A DNA stretch of 32,782 bases, from contig CAZUVO010000001.1 in assembly GCA_964623955.1 (NCBI GenBank), positions 1 through 32,782 on the forward strand, given 5' to 3'. Below, one piece after another: positions 15,676-24,641 of the stretch. Every line of letters begins with the position of its first letter. Within the stretch, counting starts at the first letter, position 1. The translations under genes and the position numbers were made by a program. The DNA comes from an uncultured Rhizobiaceae bacterium (GTDB taxonomy: Bacteria > Pseudomonadota > Alphaproteobacteria > UBA828). The notes under the pieces are model-generated. The model saw only the letters and a program-made list of their open reading frames with translations. It made no database searches and was not told the DNA's origin.

Positions 15676-18635
15676 GCGCGCTCGCCTCCGCGCCCCGGCT
15701 CTTCACCATCGCGCCCGAGCTGCCCTTCGCCGATGCGCTGGTCGATGGACTCCTTCATGGCAATATTCTCGACGGCGTCGGGGAGGACCCCCTGGCGCTC
15801 AGCCGGGCGACCATCCTGCTGCCGACCCGGCGCGCCTGCCGAACTTTAAGCGAGGCCTTTCTCAGGCAGTCGGATTCCGGCGCCATGCTGCTGCCGCGCA
15901 TCCGCCCGCTCGGCGATCTCGACGAGGACGAGGCCGGCCCCGCCGGACTGGCGGAGGGCGGCGAGCTGCCGCCGGCCCTGGCGCCGCTCCGCCGCCAATT
16001 CCTCCTCGCCCGGCTCATTCTCGCGCGCGATCCGCAGAGCCATGTCGATCAGGCCATGCGCCTCGCCGAGGAGCTTGGCGCCCTTCTCGACCAGGCCGGG
16101 AGCGAGCGGCTCGATCTCGCCGGCCTCAACAAGCTGGCGCCGGAGCGCCATGCCACCCATTGGCAGAAAGTGCTCGATTTCCTCAAGATCCTGGTCGAGC
16201 ATTGGCCGGATATCCTCGCCGATAACGAAGCGCTCGATGGTGCGGCGCGGCGCAACGCGGTGCTCGACGGCCTGGCCGAGGCATGGCGCGAAAGCCCGCC
16301 CCCGGGGCCGGTGATCGCCGCCGGCTCGACCGGCAGCCTTCCCGCCACGGCGGATCTGTTGGCGGTGATCGCGCGCCTGCCCCAGGGCTGTGTCGTCCTG
16401 CCCGGTCTTGATAAAGAGCTCGACGATGAGAGTTGGGGCGGTCTCGGGCCGAGCCATCCGCAGTTCGGCCTAAAGCAATTGCTCGCCCGCCTCGGCGCGG
16501 CGCGGGACGATGCCGAGCCCTGGCCGGCGCCTCATACCCCTGCCGGCTCTCCGGCCCGCGCTGCCCTCGTCGCCCAGGCGATGCATCCGGCGGAGACGGT
16601 CGGCGCCTGGCGCGATATGCCGCCGGTCGATCCCGAGGCGCTGGAAAATTTCACCCTGCTGGAATGCGCCACATCGAGCATCGAGGCCGGCGCCATCGCG
16701 CTCCGCCTCCGCGCCAGCTTGGCGCAGGAGGGCGCGACGGCGGCGCTGGTGACGGCGGATCGCGGCCTGGCGCGCCGCGTCGCGGCGGAGCTCAAGCGCT
16801 GGGGCATCGAGATCGACGATTCCGCCGGTGCGCCGCTCGCCAAGACCGCGCCCGGAATCTTTCTCCGCCTCTCCGCCCGGCTCGCCGCCGAGCGCGCCGC
16901 GCCCGCTTCTTTTCTCGCCGCGCTCAAGCATCCCCTCGCGGCGGGCGGCATCGCGCCGGAATTTTTCCGCCGCATGGTGCGCGCGGTGGAGCGCGCGGTG
17001 CTGCGCGGCGCCCGGCCCGAGCCCGGCCTGGATGGCATCGAACGCGCGCTGCGGGCGGAAGGAGAGGATCAGGCGGCGGACTGGCTCACCGCCATCGCCG
17101 AAGCGGCGGCACCCTTCGCGGCGCTGACCCAGGGGCCGGCGGAATTGGCGGCCCTCGTGCGCGGCCATATCGAATTCGCCGAATGGCTCGCCGCGAGCGA
17201 CGCTGAGCTCGGCGCCGAGCGGCTTTGGGCCGGCGAGGACGGCGAGGCGGCGGCCCAATTCATGGCCGAGCTTGCCGAACATACGCCTCATGCGCCCGGC
17301 CTCGACGGCCGCGAATATCCCGCTTTGCTCGATGCCCTCCTCGAAGGCCGCGTGGTTCGGCCGCGCTATGGTGGCCATCCGCGGCTCTTCATTTGGGGGC
17401 CGCTCGAAGCCCGCCTGCAGCGCGCCGATGTGATGATCCTGGGCGGCCTCAACGAAGGCAGCTGGCCGCCCGAGCCCGATGCCGATCCGTGGATGAGCCA
17501 GGCCATGCGCGCCGAGTTCGGCCTGCCGCCGCATGAGCGGCGCATCGGCCTCTCGGCCCATGATTTCGCGCAAAGCTGCGGCGCGCCCGAAGTGATGCTG
17601 ACCCGCGCCCGGCGCGTCGAGGGCGCGCCCACGGTGCCGTCGCGCTGGCTCACCCGCCTGAACGCGGTGCTCGCGCCGCAGGGGTTGGATGCGTTCGTCG
17701 CGCAGGAATCGCATATCTGGCTCTACTGGCAGGAACTGCTCGACGCCCCCGATACGCCACCCGGGCCGGCCGCGCCTCCGGCGCCCAGCCCGCCGGTCGC
17801 GGCGCGCCCGCGCAAACTCTCGGTCACCCAGATCGAAACCTGGCTCGCCGACCCCTACGCCATCTATGCCCGCCATATCCTCAGGCTCAGGGCGTTGGAC
17901 GAGATCGACGCCGACCCCGGCGCCGCCGACAAGGGCACGGTCATCCACGATATTCTCGACCGCTTCATCGCCGAGCTGGGCGGTGGCGCGCCGGACGACG
18001 CGCTGCCCCGGTTGCTTGCCCTTGGGCAGCGGGAGTTCGCGCGCTTCGAACGCATGCCGGGGGTGATGGCATTTTGGTGGCCGCGCTTCGAGCGCATCGC
18101 CCGCTGGTTCGTCGGCAATGAAATCGCCTGGCGCGCCGCCGCCATGCCGCTGGCTTCCGAAGTAAGCGGAAATATAGTGTTCGACGGGCCGGAAGGGCCG
18201 TTTACCCTCACGGCCAAGGCCGACCGCATCGACCGCCTGGAGGGCGGCGGCCTCGTCATCATCGATTACAAGACCGGCACGGTGCCGAGCGAAACGAAGG
18301 TCGCCGCCGGGCGCTATCCCCAGCTTCCTCTGGAAGCGTTGATCGCCGCAGCCGGCGGATTCCTGGGCGTTCCCGCCGAAGAAGTGACGGCGCTCGCTTA
18401 TTGGCGGCTCACCGGTGGCGAACCGCCGGGCGAGCTCAAGCCTCTGAAAAAGGATGTGGCGGAGCTTACCGAGGCGGCGCGCCAGGGCCTGTCGGAGCTG
18501 ATCGCGAAATTCGACGATCCAACGACGCCCTATCACCCACTGCCGCGCCCGGAAGCCGCTCCCGCCTGGAACGATTACGAGCATCTCGAACGGGTCCAGG
18601 AATGGTCCGCCGGCGATGGGGAGGAAGCGCCATGA
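15672..18635 (+). CDS. addB: Double-strand break repair protein AddB
   Basis: GTG overlaps the murU stop; LLPTRRA, AAGSTGS.PATA, WGPLEARLQ, LSVTQIETW..DPY and nuclease motif ADRID..IIDYKTG. Confidence 0.95.
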   Translation: MSALASAPRLFTIAPELPFADALVDGLLHGNILDGVGEDPLALSRATILLPTRRACRTLSEAFLRQSDSGAMLLPRIRPLGDLDEDEAGPAGLAEGGELPPALAPLRRQFLLARLILARDPQSHVDQAMRLAEELGALLDQAGSERLDLAGLNKLAPERHATHWQKVLDFLKILVEHWPDILADNEALDGAARRNAVLDGLAEAWRESPPPGPVIAAGSTGSLPATADLLAVIARLPQGCVVLPGLDKELDDESWGGLGPSHPQFGLKQLLARLGAARDDAEPWPAPHTPAGSPARAALVAQAMHPAETVGAWRDMPPVDPEALENFTLLECATSSIEAGAIALRLRASLAQEGATAALVTADRGLARRVAAELKRWGIEIDDSAGAPLAKTAPGIFLRLSARLAAERAAPASFLAALKHPLAAGGIAPEFFRRMVRAVERAVLRGARPEPGLDGIERALRAEGEDQAADWLTAIAEAAAPFAALTQGPAELAALVRGHIEFAEWLAASDAELGAERLWAGEDGEAAAQFMAELAEHTPHAPGLDGREYPALLDALLEGRVVRPRYGGHPRLFIWGPLEARLQRADVMILGGLNEGSWPPEPDADPWMSQAMRAEFGLPPHERRIGLSAHDFAQSCGAPEVMLTRARRVEGAPTVPSRWLTRLNAVLAPQGLDAFVAQESHIWLYWQELLDAPDTPPGPAAPPAPSPPVAARPRKLSVTQIETWLADPYAIYARHILRLRALDEIDADPGAADKGTVIHDILDRFIAELGGGAPDDALPRLLALGQREFARFERMPGVMAFWWPRFERIARWFVGNEIAWRAAAMPLASEVSGNIVFDGPEGPFTLTAKADRIDRLEGGGLVIIDYKTGTVPSETKVAAGRYPQLPLEALIAAAGGFLGVPAEEVTALAYWRLTGGEPPGELKPLKKDVAELTEAARQGLSELIAKFDDPTTPYHPLPRPEAAPAWNDYEHLERVQEWSAGDGEEAP

Positions 18636-21600
18636 CGCAGGCGCAACAGGCCGCCGCCGATCCCTCGGCCTCGGTCTGGGTCACAGCCTCCGCCGGCACC
18701 GGCAAGACCAAGGTGCTGACAGACCGGGTGCTGCGTCTCCTTCTGAGCGGCACCGAGCCGGGGCGCATTCTCTGTCTCACCTTCACCCGCGCGGCGGCGG
18801 CGGAGATGGCGATCCGCATCACCTCCACGCTCGGCCGGTGGACCACCGCGGCTGACGATATTCTCGACGGTGAACTCAACGAGTTGGTCGCGGATGAGAC
18901 CAAGAATGTTAGTCTCCGCCACGCCCGAAGCCTGTTCGCCCAGGTGCTGGATACGCCGGGCGGCATGAAGATCCTCACCATTCACGCTTTCTGTCAGTCC
19001 CTGTTGCGTCGTTTCCCCTTGGAAGCCGGCATTGCGCCCCACTTCGCGGTGGCCGACGAGCGCACCCAGCGCGAGCTCCTCAAGGAAGCCCAGAGCCGCC
19101 TATTCCGCCATGCCCGCCAGGGCCAGGACGAGGGTCTCGCCACGGCGCTCGCCACCATCACGGCGCAATTGGGCGAGGACAGATTCGCCGACCTGATGGG
19201 CGAGTGGACCGGCGCGCGCGGCAGGCTTGCCGGCCGAGGCGGCGGCGAGCACCTGGCTGCGGCGGCCGCCCGCCTGCTGGGAGTCAAAAAGGGCGAGAGC
19301 TTGGAAGCGATTGTGCGCGCCGCCTGCGCCGACGGCGCCTTCGCGCGCGACGGGCTTGTCCGGGCCGCCGAGGCGCTCGGCGAAGGCGCCAAAACCGATA
19401 TCGCCCGTGCCGGCCTGATTACCGATTGGCTGGCCGGTGACGAGGCCGCCCGCATGGCCGGGATCGACGCTTATTGCCGCGCCTTTCTGCGCCAGGATGG
19501 CGGACCGCTGGCCCGGCTCGCAACCAAAGCCGTGCAGGAGGCGGCGCCTGACGTGGCGGATGTGTTGGCCGAGGAACAGTCCCGCCTGCTCGCCGTGCAG
19601 GAACGCCTCAAGGCCCTTGCGGTGGCGGAAAACAGCGCCGCGCTGATCCGCTTCGGTGCGCGGCTGCTGGGCTATTTCCGCGACGAGAAAACCGCTCGCG
19701 CCTTGCTCGATTATGACGATCAGATCATGGAGACCCGCAAGCTTCTGGCCGCGCCGGACATCGCCCCCTGGGTGCTGTTCAAGCTTGATGGCGGGCTCGA
19801 CCACATATTGGTCGATGAATCGCAGGATACCAGCCCAGTGCAATGGGCCGTCATCGCCGCCCTGGCGGAGGAATTCTTCGTTGGCGACAGCGCCCACGAG
19901 GATAAGCGCGAGACGGTGCGGACGATCTTCTCCGTCGGCGACGAGAAACAGTCGATCTTCAGTTTTCAGGGCGCCGATCCGGCGGCGCTGGCGGAAACCC
20001 GCGAGAATTTCCGCCAGCGCATCGAGGCGGCGCGTCATCAATGGCGCGAAGTGCCGCTCGAACGCTCGTTCCGCTCGACGGCGGCGGTGCTGGGTGCGGT
20101 CGATGCGGTGTTCGCCCAGCCGGAAGCGCAGGCCGGAGTGGTGCGCCCCGGCCAGCAGCTTCATCACGAGGCGGCGCGCATCGGCCAGGGCGGGCGGGTC
20201 GAATTATGGCCGGTGGCGGTGCCGCGCGAGGCTCCGGAAGATGCGCCTTGGAGCGTCCCCACGGAACGCCGCGGCGGTGACGATCCCGCGCGCCGCCTTG
20301 CCGGCGCAATCGCCGACAAGATATCCGGCTGGCTGACCGGCGCGCCCGCGCCGGGCTCGGACGGCTGGCTCGAATCGGAGGGTCGGCCGATCCGCGCCGG
20401 CGATATCCTGGTGCTGGTACGTCAGCGCGGCGGGTTCGCCGCCGCCCTGGTGCGTGCGCTGAAGATCCGCCGCATCGAAGTTGCCGGTGTTGACCGCACG
20501 AACCTGACCGAACAATTGGCGGTGATGGATTTGATGGCGCTCGGCGATTTTCTTCTCCTGCCGAGCGACGATCTCACCCTGGCCGCATTGCTCAAGGGAC
20601 CGTTCATCGGTTTCAGCGAGGAGCGCCTGTTCGATCTTGCCCACAAGCGCGAGCATCCCAGCCTGTGGCAAACGCTGACCGCCCGACGCGGCGAAAATGA
20701 GGATTTTGCCCGCGCCAATGAGGTCCTCAGTGCGCTTCTCGCCATCGCCGACTACAAGCCGCCCTTCGAATTCTATAGCGAATTTCTCGGCGCCGCCGGC
20801 GGCCGCAAACTGCTTCTTCAGCGCCTCGGCGCGGAGGCCGCGGACCCGATCGATGAGTTCCTCTCCGCCGCGCTGACCTATGAGCGTCAACATCCGCCCT
20901 CGCTGCAGGGCTTTCTCCATTGGCTGCGCGCCGCCGAGACCGAGCTCAAGCGCGATCCCGAGCAGTCGCGCAACGAGGTGCGGGTGATGACTGTGCATGG
21001 CGCCAAAGGGCTGCAGGCGCCGATCATCTTCATGCCGGACACCATGTCTCTTCCCGGTGACCGGCGGGCAATTCTGTGGGCGGAAGGAGACGTTCCGCTG
21101 TGGCCCGGGCGCCGCGCGCGGGAGGAGCGGGTAAGCCAGGGCTTGCGCGAAGCTGCCCGCGGGCGCGATCTCGACGAATATCGCCGCCTCCTCTATGTCG
21201 CTATGACCCGCGCCGAGGACCGGCTCTATATCACCGGCTGGCAGGGCGCGAAGGAGCCGCCGGACGGCTGCTGGTATCAGTTGATCCAAAATGGCTTTGC
21301 CGGGCTCGATGGGGCGGAAGAAATCGAGCTCGGCTTTGCCGGCGCCGAGGGCTGGTCGGGCGGGGGATTGGCGCTCTCCTGCGGGCAGACGGCCCCGGTC
21401 GTACCGCCCGCCCCGCCGCCGGAGAAGGACGAGACCGAAGCCCTGCCGGCGCATTTCCTCGAGCCCGCGCCGCCCGAGCCGAAGCCGCCGCGCCCGCTCG
21501 CGCCGTCGCGCCCCGCCGGGGCTGAGCCGACCGTGCGCGGGCCGCTCGCCGATGACGGCGCCAGCGCTTTTCTGCGCGGGCGGCTCATTCACCGCCTGCT

Positions 21601-22057
21601 GGAAGTTCTGCCCGAGCTCGACGCAGGCGCGCGGGCCGAGGCGGCGGCGCGCTTTCTCGCCCGCCCGGCTCATGGGCTGACGGCGGAGGCCCAGCAAGAG
21701 GTCGCGGCGGAAGTACTGGCGGTGCTCGACGCGCCGGCGGCGGCGGCGCTGTTCGGGCCGGGCAGCCGGGCGGAAGTGCCGCTCGCCGCGGTGCTCGGCG
21801 AATCGGTCATCTCCGGCCAGGTCGACCGTCTCCTCATTGCCGAGGACCATGTGCTGGTAGTCGATTACAAGTCGGGGCGCCCGCCGCCGGCGGAGGATTC
21901 GGCCATTCCGGAAGCCTATCTCGCGCAGATGGCGGGCTACCGCGCGGCGCTCCGGGCGATCTTTCCCGGCCGCGAGATTCGCACAGCCCTGCTCTTTACC
22001 GATGGCCCGAAGCTGGTCTGGCTGCCGGATATTTTGTTGGACATGCACGCGCCTTGA
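18632..22057 (+). CDS. addA: Double-strand break repair helicase/nuclease AddA
   Basis: ATG overlaps the addB stop; ASAGTGKT, LVDESQDT, VGDEKQSIFSFQGA, MTVHGAKGL, LYVAMTRA and C-terminal VDRL..VVDYKSG. Confidence 0.96.
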   Translation: MTQAQQAAADPSASVWVTASAGTGKTKVLTDRVLRLLLSGTEPGRILCLTFTRAAAAEMAIRITSTLGRWTTAADDILDGELNELVADETKNVSLRHARSLFAQVLDTPGGMKILTIHAFCQSLLRRFPLEAGIAPHFAVADERTQRELLKEAQSRLFRHARQGQDEGLATALATITAQLGEDRFADLMGEWTGARGRLAGRGGGEHLAAAAARLLGVKKGESLEAIVRAACADGAFARDGLVRAAEALGEGAKTDIARAGLITDWLAGDEAARMAGIDAYCRAFLRQDGGPLARLATKAVQEAAPDVADVLAEEQSRLLAVQERLKALAVAENSAALIRFGARLLGYFRDEKTARALLDYDDQIMETRKLLAAPDIAPWVLFKLDGGLDHILVDESQDTSPVQWAVIAALAEEFFVGDSAHEDKRETVRTIFSVGDEKQSIFSFQGADPAALAETRENFRQRIEAARHQWREVPLERSFRSTAAVLGAVDAVFAQPEAQAGVVRPGQQLHHEAARIGQGGRVELWPVAVPREAPEDAPWSVPTERRGGDDPARRLAGAIADKISGWLTGAPAPGSDGWLESEGRPIRAGDILVLVRQRGGFAAALVRALKIRRIEVAGVDRTNLTEQLAVMDLMALGDFLLLPSDDLTLAALLKGPFIGFSEERLFDLAHKREHPSLWQTLTARRGENEDFARANEVLSALLAIADYKPPFEFYSEFLGAAGGRKLLLQRLGAEAADPIDEFLSAALTYERQHPPSLQGFLHWLRAAETELKRDPEQSRNEVRVMTVHGAKGLQAPIIFMPDTMSLPGDRRAILWAEGDVPLWPGRRAREERVSQGLREAARGRDLDEYRRLLYVAMTRAEDRLYITGWQGAKEPPDGCWYQLIQNGFAGLDGAEEIELGFAGAEGWSGGGLALSCGQTAPVVPPAPPPEKDETEALPAHFLEPAPPEPKPPRPLAPSRPAGAEPTVRGPLADDGASAFLRGRLIHRLLEVLPELDAGARAEAAARFLARPAHGLTAEAQQEVAAEVLAVLDAPAAAALFGPGSRAEVPLAAVLGESVISGQVDRLLIAEDHVLVVDYKSGRPPPAEDSAIPEAYLAQMAGYRAALRAIFPGREIRTALLFTDGPKLVWLPDILLDMHAP

Positions 22058-22081
22058 CGCTCCGCCACCCCGCACCTAAAT
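22053..22081 (+). promoter_or_regulatory. Putative RpoH (sigma-32) promoter for trxA
   Basis: CTTGAC - 16 nt - CCTAAAT, close to the alphaproteobacterial RpoH consensus CTTGAA-N16-CCTATAT. Confidence 0.55.
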
Positions 22082-22109
22082 TGTATTTATCCCATTGCAG
22101 GAGAAAATC

Positions 22110-22430
22110 ATGACCATTACCCATGTCACCGACGCCGAATTCGAGGAAAAAGTTCTCAACGCGCCGGGGCCGGTACTGGTCGATTTCTGGGCTGAATGGT
22201 GTGGCCCCTGCAAGGCCATCGCGCCGGCCCTGGAAGAAATCTCCGAAGAGATGAACGGCTCGGTCACCATCGCCAAGGTGGATGTCGACAGCAACCCCTC
22301 GACCCCGTCTAAATATGGCGTGCGCGGTATTCCAACCCTGATCCTCTTTAAGGGCGGCGAGGTTTCCTCGATGAAGGTCGGCGCGCTGCCCAAGGCCAAA
22401 TTGGCCGAGTGGGTGAAAGACTCCGTCTAG
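22110..22430 (+). CDS. trxA: Thioredoxin
   Basis: AGGAG SD; [11 protein letters not shown] active site and GIPTL; addA-trxA synteny. Confidence 0.98.
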   Translation: MTITHVTDAEFEEKVLNAPGPVLVDFWAEWCGPCKAIAPALEEISEEMNGSVTIAKVDVDSNPSTPSKYGVRGIPTLILFKGGEVSSMKVGALPKAKLAEWVKDSV

Positions 22431-22441
22431 CATCGCAAGCC

Positions 22442-23224
22442 GTGAGCGGCGCGCGACAAAGCCCGGAATTCTCCGACCAAACGGTCATCGTCACCGGCGC
22501 GACCAAGGGAATCGGTCGCGCCACGGCGCTCGCCTTCGCCAAGGAAGGCGCCCATATTCTCGCCTCCGGCCGTACCGAAATCGAGCTCGCCAGCCTGTGC
22601 GCGGAAATCGAGGAGGCCGGGAGCAGGGCCGTTCCGCTGACCGCCGATCTCGCGCTCGACGAGAGCCCCGGGCGCATCGCGGAGGCGGCGATGGAAGTCT
22701 TCGGCCGTATCGACGTGCTGATCAACAATGCCGCAGTCATCCATGATTCCTACGATCTGGCCGAATTCGAGCCGGCGCTTTGGAAGCAGGTGATTCAGGT
22801 GAATCTCGTGGCCCCGGCGATGCTCACCCGCGCCGTGCTGCCTCATATGATCGCCAAGGGCGCCGGTAAGATCGTCAATATGTCGAGCATTGGGGGGACG
22901 CGCGGCGGCGCCGGGCGCTCGGCCTACCGCGCCGCCAAGGCCGGGTTGATCAACCTCACCCAAAGCACCGCCGCCGAGGTGAAGCACCATGGCATCGATG
23001 TGAATTGCATCTGCCCCGGTGCGACCGACACGGAAGGCTTCCGCCATGCCTTCGACCATAAGGGCCGGGCGCAAGACAGCAATCTGATGGTACCGGAGGA
23101 AATCGCCGAACTGGCGCTGTTCCTCGCCTCGCCGAGATCCTCCGCCGTCACCGGCACGGCGATCAACGCCTTCGGCGCGACGAACCCGATATTTCAGTCG
23201 GGTGCGGCGAAGGGCAAGGCTTAG
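22442..23224 (+). CDS. Short-chain dehydrogenase/reductase (classical SDR), substrate unknown
   Basis: TGATKGIG Rossmann motif, NNAA, catalytic S..YRAAK, ICPG. GTG start is approximate. Confidence 0.9.
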   Translation: MSGARQSPEFSDQTVIVTGATKGIGRATALAFAKEGAHILASGRTEIELASLCAEIEEAGSRAVPLTADLALDESPGRIAEAAMEVFGRIDVLINNAAVIHDSYDLAEFEPALWKQVIQVNLVAPAMLTRAVLPHMIAKGAGKIVNMSSIGGTRGGAGRSAYRAAKAGLINLTQSTAAEVKHHGIDVNCICPGATDTEGFRHAFDHKGRAQDSNLMVPEEIAELALFLASPRSSAVTGTAINAFGATNPIFQSGAAKGKA

Positions 23225-23326
23225 AGCATTTAGCGTTCACTTGCGTTCAGGCGAACTGCCCTAGCCCTTTTTGATTCAAGCAAATGCGTCGTCGCAGGTG
23301 ATTCCACCTGCTCGGGATTTGCTCCA
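23222..23326. repeat. ~105-bp palindromic intergenic repeat / MITE-like element
   Basis: Termini TAGAGCA ... TGCTCCA (one mismatch). Arm 1 closes with TGCCCTA (23257-23263). Arm 2 has AGCAAAT/ATTTGCT enclosing the hairpin GCAGGTG-ATTC-CACCTGC. Confidence 0.7.
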
Positions 23327-23334
23327 AACCGCCT

Positions 23335-24465
23335 CTATTTGACGCCCGAGACTGTTATCTCCCGCACCGAGAAGTCGCCGCCGCGATTTGCCAGCGCGAC
23401 GCCGTTGAACGGGTCGCGGAAGCTTCTATCGGAGACGTCGATCACCGCCGCGCCGTCGACGGTCACCACCATGCCGCCGGTTTCGTCGCGCATCAGCAGA
23501 ATGCGGTGGCGATAGCCGTCTTCCAACTTCATCGCTTTCTTATGGGTCGCGATGCGCCGCTCGCCGCTGCGCCCGAAGCGGAGCAGTTCGAAGGAAGGCG
23601 TCGCCCCCGCATTATAGGCGAGGCGGTAGCCGGCGGTGCGCTGATAGCCCTGGAACACGTCGAGCTCGAAGCGGCCGTCGCGCTTGCGTGACTGCACGTC
23701 CATCTGAACGCTGAAGGCATTGGATATGATCACCCGGGTGAAAAGCTCTGCCCTCGCGTTCGCCCGCGCCGCCGCCTCCGCCTCCTTGGCGGCCCGTTCC
23801 TTGGCGATCGCTTCCTCGGTGTGCTCGATCTCCTCGCCGACCGGGATGGCCGGCTTGCCGGAGAGAATGGCGGATTGAACGAGGGTGAAGCGGCCTGAGT
23901 TGTCGCGGATTTCCTCCAGTTCGGCGAGGCGGCCCTCAAGCGGGCTCGGCCCGCCGCCGGCCTTGATCGCCGCCTCGACGCGCTCGATCTCCTCGCCGAC
24001 CGGCACATAGGGGTTGTTCGCCAGCGTCGCGGACTTAACCAGCGTGAAGCGCCCCTTGTCGGCCCGCTTGGCCTCGAATTCCTTGAGCTTCGCTTCGAGC
24101 ATATCGGTCTCGCTCGGCTCCGGCTTCTGCGGGATGCTGAGGATGCCGCGCTTGCCGTCCACCGTGAACTCGCCCTCGCCCTCGCGCCACCGCGGATTGC
24201 GCGTGAAATTGCCGTCGCGGAAATCGTCATGCATCAGTTGGACGAGCTTCGGCCCCTCATACTCCTCAAGCGCCTGGCGCAATTCTTCGAGAAATTTCGG
24301 GTCGGCCGCACGGGCGCGCTCCGCCGCATCGATCAATTCGGTGAGGTCCTCGACCAGTTCTTCGCCTCAGTCCGATGCCTGCGATTGTCCGGCCCAGATC
24401 GCCTGGCCGGCGGCGACAAAACAGACGGCCGCCAACAATAAGCAAATCGTTCTGATACGGATCAT
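23335..24465 (-). pseudogene. Secreted hypothetical protein interrupted by an in-frame TGA at codon 33 (pseudogene, recoding or sequence error)
   Basis: GGGAG SD, ATG 24465, signal-peptide-like MIRIRTICLLLAAVCFVAAGQAIWAGQSQA-SD, TGA at 24369-24367, then the same frame continues GEELVEDLTELIDAAERA... to the stop at 23335. Confidence 0.7.
23782..24099 (-). repeat. Tandem 53-aa (159-bp period) intragenic repeat
   Basis: LEAKLKEFEAKRADKGRFTLVKSATLANNPYVPVGEEIERVEAAI vs LEGRLAELEEIRDNSGRFTLVQSAILSGKPAIPVGEEIEHTEEAI; identical 22-mer at 23823-23844 and 23982-24003. Confidence 0.9.
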
Positions 24466-24583
24466 TATTCTTGCTCCCTGTGTATTCCCTCTACGATAAG
24501 CCATTCGCGATCTTTGGCAACAGCAAGCTGATTTTGCCTCCCTCGTTCCACCTTTGTCATGGACGCCGGGGGACCGAGTATGA

Positions 24584-24593
24584 TGTGATCACA
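24584..24593. promoter_or_regulatory. Perfect 10-bp palindrome TGTGATCACA, candidate operator
   Basis: Abuts a TATGAT -10-like hexamer (24579-24584) upstream of the aminotransferase pair. Confidence 0.35.
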
Positions 24594-24641
24594 GTTGAGC
24601 CGGCAAATTATCGCGGCGCCGGCGGCCGAGAGGTTTTTTAT

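Noticed and set aside
16470-18584. Long antisense ORFs (also 2491-4020, 5514-7475, 11696-13432, 20204-22075)
   Set aside because: They mirror well-supported genes on the other strand, carry no recognisable motifs, and are expected shadows of high-GC codon usage.
23823-24003. 22-bp direct repeat as CRISPR or attachment site
   Set aside because: Only two copies, in frame within a coding repeat of 159-bp period; no cas or integrase gene nearby.
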